Assembly (NCBI GenBank): GCA_964016885.1
Contig: OZ024742.1
Span: 250,604,001-250,668,000, forward strand
Length of the DNA: 64,000 nucleotides
Reading direction: 5' to 3'
Origin: Eledone cirrhosa
Taxonomy: Eukaryota
The stretch's first letter is position 1; every line of letters begins with the position of its first letter. Below the pieces are notes generated by a model. It did no database searches, was not told the DNA's origin, and saw only the letters and a program-made list of their open reading frames with translations. A program made the position numbers and the translations under genes. Positions 32,179-46,600 of this stretch are shown here, piece after piece.

Positions 32179-32549
32179 GTTTCTAATTTTGACACAAAGA
32201 CAGCAATCTAAGGAGAATGTAAGTTGACTGTATCATACTGTAACACAGCTCAACCACCATCACAACACCACCCCTCACCACTAGACACCTCAACCAACAC
32301 AACATCACACCAACATAACAACACCACATCACAACATAACAACCAACATAACAACACCACATCACATTCCACCATCATCCCCACCCCACTACAGCAACAT
32401 CTCACACCAAACCCGACAAACCGTTACCAGCAGAACACCACCACTACCGTCAATGTCCCACTCGACATCTACCACCACAACACCATGAAACTGTCACCAT
32501 CGCTTTATCGGTAGCTTACGTATCTGTGCATCATTATCACCTTACGTCC

Positions 32550-32720
32550 CTGGCCTTGTGCCAAAAGTAGAAACAATTATCACCTTACGTCCCTTTATGA
32601 TCTGCGTTCAAATCCCGCCGAGGTTAACTTTGCCTTTCATCCTTACGGGGTCAATAAAATAAAGTACCAGTAATACACTGCGTATTTGCTGGCCTTGTGC
32701 CAAAAGTAGAAACAATTATC
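32550..32720 (+). mobile_element. SINE family A fragment with duplicated tail
   Basis: TGGCCTTGTGCCAAAAGTAGAAACAATTATCACC occurs at 32551 and 32690. Confidence 0.8.
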
Positions 32721-33135
32721 ACCGTAACTGCTACCGCCGCTGTCACCAACACACCCACCGCCACCACCAGCACTCCACCACCGTTACCACTATCATCACC
32801 TTTATCACCACAGCTGCAGCCATCAACACCACCACCTCCACCGCCGCTACTACCACCCCTACCCATCACAAACACTATACCCACCCTCGCCATCTCAGTT
32901 ATTTACAGCCATATTCCAGCAGAAACAGAAGATGGGAAACCAACAGCTTTGACTATGGCTGGGTGACAGTCGTGACAGTCTTTTGTGGAGAAGAACTTCT
33001 TAAGAAACCTCAATATTTCATTCAAAAGAAACTTTTCTTACTAGACATAAAGAATAAAAGACATTTGTAAAAGATTTTTGAGGCTAAATAATAACACTAT
33101 ATACAGACATTTGTCCAATAGGTTAACCTATGGTT

Positions 33136-33203
<68 letters not shown>

Positions 33204-33693
33204 TAGTATAGTGACTGCCAACTCGTTTTCAAGTACGGCCACTACTTTATATCCATGTAGGAGAACCCCTACCGATGCGCTGAACGAGTGTGACTTTTTA
33301 GTCCAGCCAGCGACTTGAAAACTCTGGTACAAACACTACACTTGTGACAGTTACTGACACATAGTGCTGGGCCCACGGTAACATGTGACGACAAGTGCAG
33401 AGAGATCTCCAGATATAAAGCAATACCTGTGCCGTGACGCTTTTATAGTGAGCAAAGGCACTGCACAAAGCCAGTCCCACTCTCTTAACCAAGATGATAT
33501 TTACCAAAAAGAAGAACAAGTCAACATCATTGGATACCATCAGAGTTGCAGGTGTTATATCAGAGTTTTCCTTCTCCTAGAATTCTGCCTTGACAAAGGC
33601 TAAGGGGTCATCTCTCCCGGTGATTTTGGATGGCCATTGACTCTTAAGAGCTCCTTTGCCCTTTGACAGGTTTTGTTTTTATACATACATACA

Positions 33694-33730
<37 letters not shown>

Positions 33731-34085
33731 ATTAATAAAAACAATGAATAAAAACAAAGAAACAGTTCCTTATATTAAAAAATTCATCATTTTACGATCG
33801 TTTCTAGGATATATATGTGTGTGTTGGTATGTATATCATATAGATCTATGTAAAAATTTTACAAACTATCATAGGGAATATACATACCTACACATATATA
33901 TGCTGTCTTCAGAAACGAAATAATGGATTGGACACTACCGTATATTTTGGTAGATTTATCTACATATATATATATATATATAGAAGAGATATTTATAAGT
34001 AGAAGAGATATTTAATTTGTTGGAAATCCAACAAATATAGATGTTATAACTGATTCAGAGCACTCGACAGATTTCTGGAGTAAGT

Positions 34086-34442
34086 ATTCAATGATATTAA
34101 ATAAATGGAAACTATATTTATAAAACCATATTTATTCTATTGTATATATTTCAAAGGTACCAAAAATGTTGGTACGCTATCATCAGATAAAATACAAAAT
34201 GTTTTATAAATATTTGACATGACCAAGGATAATATACCTTAACGGTTCAAGTTATCCCTGGAAAGTCAAGGGATAACTTGAACCGTTAAGATATATTATC
34301 TTTGGTCATGTCAAATATTTATAAAACATTTTGTATTTTATTTGATGATAGCGTACCAAAATTTTTGGTACCCTTGAAATATATATAATAGAATAAATAT
34401 GGTTTTATAAATATAGTTTCCATTTATTTAATATCATTGAAT
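34086..34442. mobile_element. Fold-back element (about 175-bp arms) with hammerhead in each arm
   Basis: Arms are reverse complements; HHR at 34133-34194 (-) and 34334-34395 (+) with 8-bp stem I. Confidence 0.8.
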
Positions 34443-34477
34443 TATATATATATATGTGTATATATATATATATATAT

Positions 34478-34720
34478 AGTGAAATAAAATAACAAGGACG
34501 ATTGATTACTCCTTCATTACGTTTATTGGTTGGTGACGCGCGTTTCGCCACTGATCAGCTCAACCAATAAACGTAATGAAGGAATAACCAATCGTCCTTG
34601 TTATCTTATTTAACTATAATACACTCTGTCTAGCTCTTCACCTCGACACTGAAGTGAACCTAAACATCGAGTGCTCACCCGGGTGAACCTACAGTAACTC
34701 CAAGTTACACTCCCTGGATA
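34478..34720. mobile_element. Fold-back element with hammerhead 3' half at the loop
   Basis: Arms about 34478-34532 and 34561-34616; minus strand GGC-GAAA-CGCGCG-TC-ACCA. Confidence 0.7.
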
Positions 34721-34934
34721 TATATCATACACACACACACACACATTTGTTCACTAGGTTGGCCTAGGGTTAAATAACAATAACTCTATATATAGACATA
34801 TGTGCACTAGGTTAACTTAGGGTTAAATAACAACACTATATATAGACATTTGTCCAGTAGGTTAGCCTAGGCTTAAATAACAAAACTTGTTAACTACAGT
34901 AATCCACCAAGCCTTTTGATAGTGCAGCTGGTTA

Positions 34935-36050
34935 CCGTTACTGGTCTCGTGACACTCCAAGATCGTGAGGGTGCAACACGGTGGAGCAGTGGGCCACCTC
35001 AATCCATCTAACAGTCCACTGGGAGACGTTATTTGTCCGTTTTTGCTTCTTTCTTCTTGTCTTATTTTTCCTTGGAAGATGGTCATGTTCAATTCGTCAG
35101 ATCTTCGTCTCGTGGCCGTTCCATCTCATTTTTATTTTCCTTAGAGTGGTTAGCAGGTCTTCGTAGTTACCTACGTGTTACCTAAGTGTTCTTTACAGTG
35201 GTTAGCAGATCTTCGTAGTTGCCCACATGTTGCCTGATTGTTCCTTACAGTGGTTAGCAGATCTTCGTAGTTGCCCACATGTTGCCTGATTGTTCCTTAC
35301 AGTGGTTAGCAGATCTTCGTAGTTGCCCACATGTTGCCTGATTGTTCCTTACAGTGGTTAGCAGATCTTCGTAGTTGCCGACATGTTGCCTGATTGTTCC
35401 TTAGAGTGGTTAGCAGATCTTCGTAGTTGCCGACATGTTGCCTGATTGTTCCTTAGAGTGGTTAGCAGATCTTCGTAGTTGCCGACATGTTGCCTGATTG
35501 TTCCTTACAGTGGTTAGCAGATCTTCGTAGTTGCCCACATGTTGCCTGATTGTTCCTTACAGTGGTTAGCAGATCTTCGTAGTTGCCCACATGTTGCCTG
35601 ATTGTTCCTTACAGTGGTTAGCAGATCTTCGTAGTTGCCCACATGTTGCCTGATTGTTCCTTACAGTGGTTAGCAGATCTTCGTAGTTGCCCACACGTTG
35701 CCTGATTGTTCCTTACAATGGTTAGCAGATCTTCGTAGTTGCCCACACGTTGCCTGATTGTTCCTTACAGTGGTTAGCAGATCTTCGTAGTTGCCCACAT
35801 GTTGCATGATTTCCGTGCTAATACTTTTGTTGCTTATGTGTTCTCTGCAGAAAATATGAACTATTTTTCTATGACATAACAGTTTGAATGGCAATATTCT
35901 CTCTGTAATTCTTCCGTTGGGGTCCACATCACGCAGGCATATAAAAAGATGGCGAGTGTTACAGCACACACGAGATTCAGTTTAGCTTCGAGTTTGATAT
36001 ACTTATCTTGCCATATTGATTATAAACTTGCTAATGCACATCACCCTCTA
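34935..36050 (-). pseudogene. RTE-clade LINE 3' fragment
   Basis: EHISN...VGNYEDLLTTV then RKMRWNGHET motifs. Confidence 0.75.
35140..35805. repeat. 52-bp tandem repeat, about 12-13 copies, inside the LINE
   Basis: TGGTTAGCAG at 35199, 35251, 35303 and onward (period 52). Confidence 0.95.
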
Positions 36051-36214
36051 TTGTAGACATTCGGACCAGGTGACGAATTTAGGGAAAACTCGGTAAATGG
36101 ATGGTGGGAGTGGTGCTTTCAACTGCAGTAACCCAGCCGTCTTGGAGAGCTAACAGGCTCTACACTTCGCCCTGTGGCTAAAGTAAATAACAAGAAAATG
36201 AGTATTGCATAGAG

Positions 36215-36312
<98 letters not shown>

Positions 36313-36328
36313 TGCGTGGTGTGTGTGT

Positions 36329-36381
<53 letters not shown>

Positions 36382-36699
36382 CCCGTACACATACTTTGTT
36401 GGGACTAAAGAAACTAGCCTTGGTAAAACATAAGACATATACAACCACAAAGACTGCAGACCAGATTTACTCCTGCCACTTCACAAATCTTACATTTTCA
36501 TGTAACATTCTTACATTCTGCACTAGAATTTTCGTGCAGAATGTCAAAAACATCTGCATCATCTTCGCTGTTGGTAGCGAGAGAAAGGCATTTTTTACCC
36601 AGCCGGCCTTATTTGTTTCACGTCGGTTCTGATTCTATGAAACAAAACCACCCATTTTAAAAGATTCGTATTTAAATTTAAATATTACAACATTTATAA

Positions 36700-36920
36700 T
36701 GGTGAGGATGTTAAACTTATGACCATAATGTCGTGGGTTGTATTCTTGAGCAAAACACTTCATTTCACGTTGATCCAGTATACTCAGCTGAAAATTAGTA
36801 CCAACAATATGTAGGATTTAACCCTGAGATGGACTGGCACCCTGTCCAGGGGGTGTTTTGTACTTTCAGAATAAGCACCGGGCCAATGAGCATCTGGGTC
36901 CGAAACAGACTCTAGACTTG
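36700..36920 (+). mobile_element. SINE family B
   Basis: TTCTTGAGCAAAACACTTCATTTCACG and GATGGACTGGCACCCTGTCCAGG. Confidence 0.75.
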
Positions 36921-37204
36921 TTGTTTTATAAATATCAACAAGTTGTGTTATAAATATCATCTTAATAATGATATAATTAATAATCTTAGTAAATGCTTCA
37001 AATTCTTCATTCATAATTTTAATACCAACCGAAACAAAACCGCCTCGGATTCTATGAAGCAAAACCACCTGTTTTAAAGGGTTCCCATTTAAAATAAAAT
37101 CTTCCATCATAATTTTAAATAAGAACCACGTGTTAAGTTACAATTCTATGAATGAAATAATTGGTGATTTTAGTAAATCCATCATAGTTCTTCGTTAGTT
37201 AATT

Positions 37205-38800
37205 GAAATTATGGCCATTGTTAGCATCTGTCAGTCTCGAAAGACCATGGATATGCGCTTGGAGAATTTTGTTTCAGCTGCTGATGGTGATGCAGTATCT
37301 GTTGCGACTGTACACGCTAACACTGGAGTCACAGTCTCGCATTCAGCGACTGCATTTGAAGATGCTCGCCTCCAATGTCACTGTGTTGCCTTGTCCTTCT
37401 TTCAAAGCTTCAGGAAAGCCCTCTCGTTCCACCCCCTTACGTAATACTCGTATCCGGCGTGGGCAACTAAATGTGATATCTTCCCATCTCTGGGCGTGCA
37501 GGCGTCACTGAAACGAAGATGAGGTTGACCTCATGCTCTTGCGCCGGTAGCCAGTTCTCTATAAAGTAAGTCTTTTGCAATCCTCCCGTCGGGCATACGA
37601 TATACGTAACCAAGCCAGCACAGACGGCGCTGTTGGAGCAGAGTGGATATGTTGGGTACCTTCACGCGGTTGAGGGCTTCCGCATTGGTGACTCAGTAGG
37701 TCCACTTGATGTTCCCTCCTGTTTGGAGTAAACGCCCATGTCTCGCTGCCGTAAAATAGTGTGCTGAGGACGCACGCCCTGTAGACAGTAACCATAGTGC
37801 CAGTGGTCAGTTTTATGTTCTCCTTGACTCCTTTAGTCAGCCTAGCGAATTTGGAGGTTCCTCGTCCAGCCAGCATGAATCCAGGGAGGGTTTGTCCGTG
37901 ATGGTGGAGCCGAAATAGATGGATTTCTGGACTACCTCCAGCTCGTAGTTGTTGATCGTAATAGTTCGAGGTTGCTTGACACCTTGGATTAGTATATTGG
38001 CTCTCTTCAGACTAGGCGGCGAATTGGCAGAGTCGTTAGAACGTCGGATAGAATGCTTTATGGTATTCGTTCTAGCTGTCTGCTCTCTGAGTTCAAATCC
38101 CGCCGGGGTCAACTTTGCCTTTCATTCTTTCGAAGTCGATAAAAAAGGTACCAGTCTAGTACTGGGCTCGATTTTTCCTCTATATCTCTTTCTCATATCC
38201 TCTCTCTCACTTCTATCTTTCTCTGGAAGAAATCTGCCCTACTCTGGCCTTGAGAGGGATGGGCTCCACCACGCTTAAAATACCCAAGAAATGCAATATG
38301 ATAATACGGCGCTCCTACGACCATACATACATACATACATACATACATACATACATACATACATACATACATACATACATACATACCTCTTCAGACTGAA
38401 TTCCTAAATGATCTTTGCGGGTTTGTCAACAAGGTGTTGCATTTCTTCTTTAGTGTGCGTTGCTAATGCCGCGTCGTCCACAAACAGCGTTTCTCGGATG
38501 AGTACCCGTCGAACCCTAGATTTTACCTACAACATTGATAGATTAAACACCCTCCTGCCTGATCTTGTGTGGGGGCAGATACCATCAGTCGACGTTTCAA
38601 ATGCGTGTTTCATCATGAGTGTGAAAGAGAACGACACATTTCATATTGGCGTGAAACGAATGGACCATACAGTCTTGGCAAGGCTTATAAACAGGCCATC
38701 TCTACTAAATAGGTCGAATGTTTTCATGAGGTCAATGAAGGTGATACCTTTGCTCTTGGCATTTCCCTTGCAGTCGTCGAAGGGAGAATATCATGTTGAT
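37205..38800 (-). pseudogene. RTE (BovB-like) LINE fragment split by a SINE
   Basis: ETLFVDDAAL, ITINNYELEVV..YFGSTI and VYRACVLSTLFYGSETW motifs. Confidence 0.8.
38014..38386 (+). mobile_element. SINE with family A head/core, alternative tail and (CATA)n end
   Basis: 11-bp TSD CTCTTCAGACT at 38003-38013 and 38387-38397. Confidence 0.85.
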
Positions 38801-38812
38801 CATTATATATAT

Positions 38813-38868
<56 letters not shown>

Positions 38869-39129
38869 TGGAAGTTTAGTAAAATCGAAGCTCTGGCTGT
38901 GGCCAAGCTAACGACCCACAATTAGGAATGAGCAGCAAAGCACTCAATAAGGTAGGCCCTTAGAGTAATAACATACGTTTAGATAACTTGACAAATTGTG
39001 TATATATGTATATATGTATATATATATAGTAGTAGTACTAATAATAGTAGTAGTAGTAGTGCAGTGAACGGCACCAGTGATGTATTATTGGGTTTCAGTG
39101 GTACTGAATTGTGATTTCTAAATTATGCC

Positions 39130-39295
39130 AAATTTGTGGGGATGGGAAAGTCAATTACATCGACACCAGAACATAACTGGTACCTTATTTTATCGGTCTC
39201 GGAAGGATGAAAGGCAAAGTTGACCTCAGCGGGATTTGAACTCAGAACGTAGAATGTCATAAGTCATGACTAAATATCTTGTCCGACGTTCCACC
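39130..39295 (-). mobile_element. SINE family A-related
   Basis: GGATGAAAGGCAAAGTTGACCTCAGCGGGATTTGAACTCAG. Confidence 0.8.
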
Positions 39296-39554
39296 GATAG
39301 TAGTGGACACCGTTCCTAATGGAACTCCGTAAGACAATCAACACAACCATCTCCAAACACGATACCAACAACGGCTTTCAGCCATCAAAAAACACCTGCT
39401 GTGAAGAAATCAAAGTAAAAGACATATTTAATCTGCCTAATCTACCTGTGTATCTCAGGTAAGCCAGTGTACTCTGCTAAGCTATTGCCCAAACATAATT
39501 TTAATTTCTACGGAGACTTCAATCTACAGCATGGAAATTAACAGTCTGTCAACA

Positions 39555-39616
<62 letters not shown>

Positions 39617-39773
39617 ATATGTATGTATATATATGCATATATGTATGTATATATATGTATGTATGATTATATTTATGCATATATACTGTATATATATATG
39701 TATGTATATATTTATGTATATATATATATGTGTGTATATGTATATTTATGTATATATATGTGTGTGTGTATTG

Positions 39774-39809
<36 letters not shown>

Positions 39810-39933
39810 GGGTGAAAAAGAGAGTTTTATGATTGTGCATGCGTGTGAGATGGGGGAGTGAGTGAAAGAGAGAAAGGGGGGAGTGAGCGGGACACATACA
39901 GCCGTTACATATTCATTGTATGTATGTATATGT

Positions 39934-40038
<105 letters not shown>

Positions 40039-40271
40039 GGCAAGATTGAGAAAGAAAAAGAAAACAAACTTGAAATCAATAAAAGACAAGTTGAAAGAAT
40101 TAATAAAGAATTAATTGTGTCAACATAGTATGGCGGCATCCATATGTAGACCGCCATGCACACACACACACATACATACGTACAAACAAACTGGTGGTCC
40201 TATACAAGGATACCTGCTGTATAGATGTACAAAATGAAAATATCGATATGGAGACTGTTTTGAATGTATGA

Positions 40272-40605
40272 ATGCGCGTGGCTTAGTGATTATGGTGTCA
40301 AGCTCACGATCTTAAGATCGATCATTTGATTCCGGTGGCGGGGTCTGCTTCCTAGCAAGACACTTTATCTCGTGTAATTCCAGTTCACTCAGCTGGAAAA
40401 AAAAACAACGAGTTGTACCTGTAATTCAAAGGGTCAGTCATGTGTCACACTGTATTACACTGAATCTCCCTGATAACTACGTTATGGATACACGTGTCTA
40501 TGGAATTCTCAAACTCAACCACATACACATTAATTTAATGACCAAGCAGTTTTGATGATCAAACAACTGGAACACTCATCGTCGAAACCGATGGATGTCC
40601 AACGC
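40272..40605 (+). mobile_element. tRNA-derived SINE (family B-related head)
   Basis: GTGGCTTAGTG A-box, AGCAAGACACTTTAT, CACTCAGCTG. Confidence 0.65.
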
Positions 40606-40615
40606 CCACATACAT

Positions 40616-40731
<116 letters not shown>

Positions 40732-41049
40732 GAAATATGTGATCCCAGAAATATGATTTTAAAAGGCCATGGCCGTATTAAAACATTGGCGGGGCCTTTA
40801 GGCTTTCAGACGTTTCCACCTCCTAGCACTTCAATCTTTCACCACTCTACAGTTTTGGGGGTTTTTTAAAGAGAAATTAAAGGGTACTTAACCTCTGCAG
40901 GGGCCCCTAAGCTTCAAATCTAGTCAGCTATATCAATAATACAGTTGTGAATAAATGTGAAACTCTGATAACTGGTTAAACCTTTCTTCTGAATAACTGG
41001 GATATTTCTCTAATAACTGCCACCACGTGTATAAGAATAAATGAGACTT

Positions 41050-41580
41050 TTCTTACAATGAGCGAGGCTTCACTTACAATGAGTGAGAACTTACTTACAA
41101 TGAGTGAGAACTTTCTCACAATGAGTGAGGCTTTATTTACAATGAGTGAGGCTTCACTTACAATGAGTGAGAACTTTCTTACAAGAGTGAGGCCTTACTT
41201 ACACTGAGTGAGGCCTTACTTTCACTGAGTGAGGCCTTACTTATTGTGAGTGAGGTCTTACTTACAATGAGTGAGGCCGCCTTACTTACAATGAGTGTGA
41301 CCTTACGATGAGTGTGGCCTTACTTACAATGAGTGAGGCCTTACAATGAGTGAAGCCTTATTATGAGTGAGGTCTTACTTACAATGAGTGTTGCCGCATT
41401 ACTTACAATGAGTCAGGCCTTACTTACAATGAGTGAGGCCTTACTTACGATGAGTGAAGCCTTACAATGAGTGAGGCCTTACTAACAATAAGTGAGGCCT
41501 TACTTACAATGAGTGTGGCCTTACTTACAATGAGTGAGGCCTTACTTACAATGAGTGAAGCCTTATTATGAATGAGGCCT
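41050..41580. repeat. About 21-bp minisatellite (CCTTACTTACAATGAGTGAGG)
   Basis: More than 20 variant tandem units. Confidence 0.9.
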
Positions 41581-42016
41581 CAATCTAGTCATGCACATAA
41601 GTTGTTACATCAAAGAAGAAACATAAAAAAAAGACATGGAAACATGGACTGAAAATAGCTGAATTACTATGTATAGTGCACACATATGCACGTGTGTAAC
41701 TCACTGCGTTGGTAGGTGTGTTGTGCAGCGTGTCAGTGGGTTGATGCGTTTATGCACACCAATAGCGGCCGAGGCACTGTTTATAAATAAACAGAACCTC
41801 TCTTTGAATTCAGGCAAAAGTAAATAGAACACACTTAGAGAGGAAAGTCTTTGATATATACTGAAAACAATGAACGAGAAGAAGAAATAGTAGATGAGGG
41901 GTGGGGAGAGGGTGGTAAAGAATAGTAGGAGTAGCAAGAGCTGGAGTAATTAACTCAGGTTTAGCTCTAAAAGACGAAAGTAAAACACTTCACCACAGTA
42001 TAATGGAAGCACGGGG

Positions 42017-42201
42017 TACACACACACATATATATATATATATACACACACATATATATACACACATATATACACACATATATATACATATATACATACA
42101 TATATATACATATATACATACATATATATATATACATATATAGATATATATACATATATAGATATATATATATATATACATATATACATACATATATATA
42201 C

Positions 42202-42236
<35 letters not shown>

Positions 42237-42237
42237 C

Positions 42238-42272
<35 letters not shown>

Positions 42273-42338
42273 CATATATACATACATATATATATATATA
42301 TACATATATACATATATATATATATATACATACATATA

Positions 42339-42370
<32 letters not shown>

Positions 42371-42615
42371 CATACATATATATATATATACATACATATA
42401 TATATATACATACATATATACATACATATATACATATACATATATATACATACATATATACATACATATATACATATATACATACATATATATATATATA
42501 TACATATATACATACATATATATATATACATACATATATATATATACATACATATATATATATACATACATACATATATATACATACATACATATATATA
42601 CATACATACATATAT

Positions 42616-42648
<33 letters not shown>

Positions 42649-42785
42649 TACATACATACATACATATATATATATATACATACATATATATATATATACA
42701 TACATATATACATATATACATACATATATATATATACATACATATATACATATATACATACATATATATATATATACATACATAT

Positions 42786-42816
<31 letters not shown>

Positions 42817-42861
42817 CATATATACATACATATATATATATATATATACATATATATATAC

Positions 42862-42910
<49 letters not shown>

Positions 42911-42919
42911 CATATATAC

Positions 42920-42950
<31 letters not shown>

Positions 42951-43277
42951 CATATATACATACATATATATATATATATACATACATATATACATACATA
43001 CATATATATATATATATACATATATACATATATACATACATATATATATATACATACATACTCATATATACATACATACTCGTATATATATACATACATA
43101 TATATACATATATATACATACATATATATATATACATATATATACATACATATATATATATACATATATATACATACATATATATATATACATATATATA
43201 CATACATATATATATATACATACATATACATACATATATATATATACATATATATATATATACATATATATACATAC

Positions 43278-43322
<45 letters not shown>

Positions 43323-43403
43323 CATACATACATACATATATATACATACATACATATATATACATACATACATATATATATATACATACATACATATATA
43401 TAC

Positions 43404-43436
<33 letters not shown>

Positions 43437-44412
43437 CATACATATATATATACATACATATATATATACATACATATATATATACATACATATATATATA
43501 CATACATATATATATACATACATACATATATATATATACATATAAATATACATATACATACATATACATATACATACATATACATATATACATACATATA
43601 CACATATATATATATACATACAGATACATATACACATATATTTACATATATATACATAAATATATATATATACACACATACATATATACACACATACATA
43701 TATATATACACATATATATATATATACACACATATATATATATACACACATACATATATATATACACACATACATATATATATACACACATACATATATA
43801 TATACACATACGTATATATACACACATACATATATATGCACACATACATATATATATATGCACACATACATACATATATATATGCACACATACATGCATA
43901 TATATATGCACACATACATACATATATATATGCACACATACATACATATATATATGCATACATACATATATGCATACATACATACATACATATATATATG
44001 CACCCATACATATATATATGCACACATACATATATATATATGCACACATACATACATATATATATGCACACATACATATATATATGCACACATACATACA
44101 TATATATATGCACACATACATACATATATATATGCACACATACATACATATATATATGCACACATACATACATATATATATGCACACATACATACATATA
44201 TATATGCACACATACATACATATATATATGCACACATACATACATATATATATGCACACATACATACATATATATAATATACATACACACACATATATAT
44301 ACATACATACATATACATACATAGATACACATACATACACATACATACATACATACATACACACACACACACGCACATATATATATATATATATACGTAT
44401 ATATATATATAT
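42017..44412. repeat. About 2.4 kb (TACA)/(TA)/(TGCACACA) compound microsatellite
   Basis: Direct inspection. Confidence 0.95.
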
Positions 44413-45025
44413 CAACTAGCCTAATCCCCTCCTTGTAGCTCACATGAGGTAAAAGTATTTCTTTTACTATATTGTGTTTTGATACATCAGTGAAGAGAAA
44501 TGTTTCTTCTATTTCTGCTACCCAATATAATCTAAGTGTTCCGTGCCGGCGGCTGAGATATATATACTATAGCGTAGCCAAGTTCTGTTTATAGGCTAGG
44601 TTTATTTCAAAGGCATTGCAGCCTTTCCTCGCTACCTTCTTCACTTCGTTCCTTCTAGAATGGGGTGCAAGGGAAGTCCAGGAATACAAGACATAAGTAC
44701 CAAATAGGATATGTGATTACACACAAGAAACAATTTACAATTTAATGAAATACTTGGTGGGCTTTTGAGAAGTTCCGTCTTTGTTGTATGCATCCGTGCA
44801 TGTGTGCGTGTGTAAATGTATGTTTGGATGTATGTATACGCGCATGTACATATGTATATATCTATGTTCTCCTTTTCAGGTAGTGTTTTCGATGCATTGC
44901 TTGTTCAGGATATGTTACAGGTTCGTGTGGCTGACCGTAGCCTTAAAGTGCACCAAACTCTATAATCTGACAAGCGATTGCAATACTCTTAGCAGAGTTT
45001 GCAGCCACCATGTATCTATGTAGGA

Positions 45026-45119
<94 letters not shown>

Positions 45120-45454
45120 GTATGTATGTATGTATCTATGTAGGTAGGTATGTGTGTGTGTTTGTGTATGGATGTATATATATATATGCGTATATGTAGT
45201 GATCAACAGTAACCGCACTAACCAGTCAATGTAAGGTTGCCATATTGTTTCGTTCACTCGTTGTCTCGTTGACTTACAGAACCTCATATGGATGTTACCT
45301 CATGGAATCAAAGGTCAGGAATGAAAGGTTATTACCCTATAGGATTGTAAGGGAGACGAGCTGAAAGAGCCAGTCTAATTTCCCGATCTTTTTTCTTGCG
45401 GGTGGCTAACTCTGACTCGATAGCAGTGAGTATTTATGAAATTATTCAAACATA

Positions 45455-45930
45455 GGCGTAAGCTTGGTTGTGCAGTTAAAGAGTTCGCTTCGCACCCACG
45501 TAGACTCAGATTCAGTTCCACTGTGTATGTATGGATACCCTGGGCAAATGTCTTTTACTATAGCCTCGAGTCGACTGATATTTGAAAGTGGAGTTTGGTG
45601 GACAGAAACTGTAAAAGTCTAACGTGTGTATGATATGTCTGTGTGTAGCGTGTGTATGTGCGTGGTATCTTAGCGTTTCGACAACAAACATTGATATCAA
45701 TAAAATTCATACCGGATTTGAAAAAATACATGCTGGTGATAACATGATCGATTAAATATTTTTGGGGCCCAAATTGTCGAGCTCGTCGCAGTGGGCTCCT
45801 GAAACTGTTCACTGATCGAATTACAACAACCTGTGGCAGCAACAGTCTCATACGCAAGAAAAAAAAGAAGATAGTGCCCCAGCATAACCGCAGTCTAATG
45901 AATGCAACCAGTAAAAGAATAAAAGATTAG
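45455..45930 (+). mobile_element. Diverged SINE remnants (other families)
   Basis: tRNA-like head, CCTGGGCAAATGTCTTTTACTATAGCC block, AAAAGAATAAAAGA-type tail. Confidence 0.5.
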
Positions 45931-46380
45931 ATATATGAACCTAACATTATATTTTTGTTGCTGAATTTTCTATGTAAATTGTTTTGTTTGTTCGTTTTTA
46001 AGTTGCAGTTCCGAATTCAACACACTCGCTTCTAAAGACAGATCAATGTTGGCTATAAAAAGCAAGGTTTCCCATACCATGTTAAGGTAACAACATATTG
46101 CTTTTCTTAGGTTGCTTAACTGACAAGAAGTCTCACTCCTATTTCTGTTGATCCTTAGCCGCTCTAGGTCATCCCACGTTGAGTAGATCTGTTTTGAAAG
46201 ACGTTTCAGCCATGACCACCACCTTATCGCTTTTGAATTTATAACAGAAATTTCACTGTCCAATTAATTCTTCTTTAATTAAACTGGTGGGGCATATGAT
46301 TTGAAGAAGATTTGACAGCTATTTCTAGCATTTCGATCAACCACAATTTCCCGCCTCCAGCCATATGGGTCCAGTTGTAA

Positions 46381-46600
46381 CCCTTTCATTATCATTTTTC
46401 TAATGTAATATATATTGTTTCAATTAACTGATGAAAAATTTCGAGGAATTTACTGAAATCATCAATTATTTCATTACTATGATATGGTTCTTGTATAAAA
46501 TTACGTTGGGAGATTTAATTCTAAAGAGGAACCCTTTAAATGTGCGATTTTGTTTTATAGAACAAGCGCCAGTTTTGTCTGGATTGATATCAAAAAAGGG
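46381..46600. mobile_element. piggyBac-like MITE
   Basis: CCCTTT...AAAGGG termini flanked by GTAA/TTAA; related internal sequence at about 18440-18625 and 37020-37200. Confidence 0.55.

Noticed and set aside
32900-33070. Possible terminal exon (TTTACAG acceptor, AATAAA)
   Set aside because: No recognisable peptide or partner exon; such signals are expected by chance in AT-rich DNA
35140-35805. CRISPR-like regular repeat
   Set aside because: No unique spacers, no cas genes, eukaryotic context; the unit is LINE coding sequence
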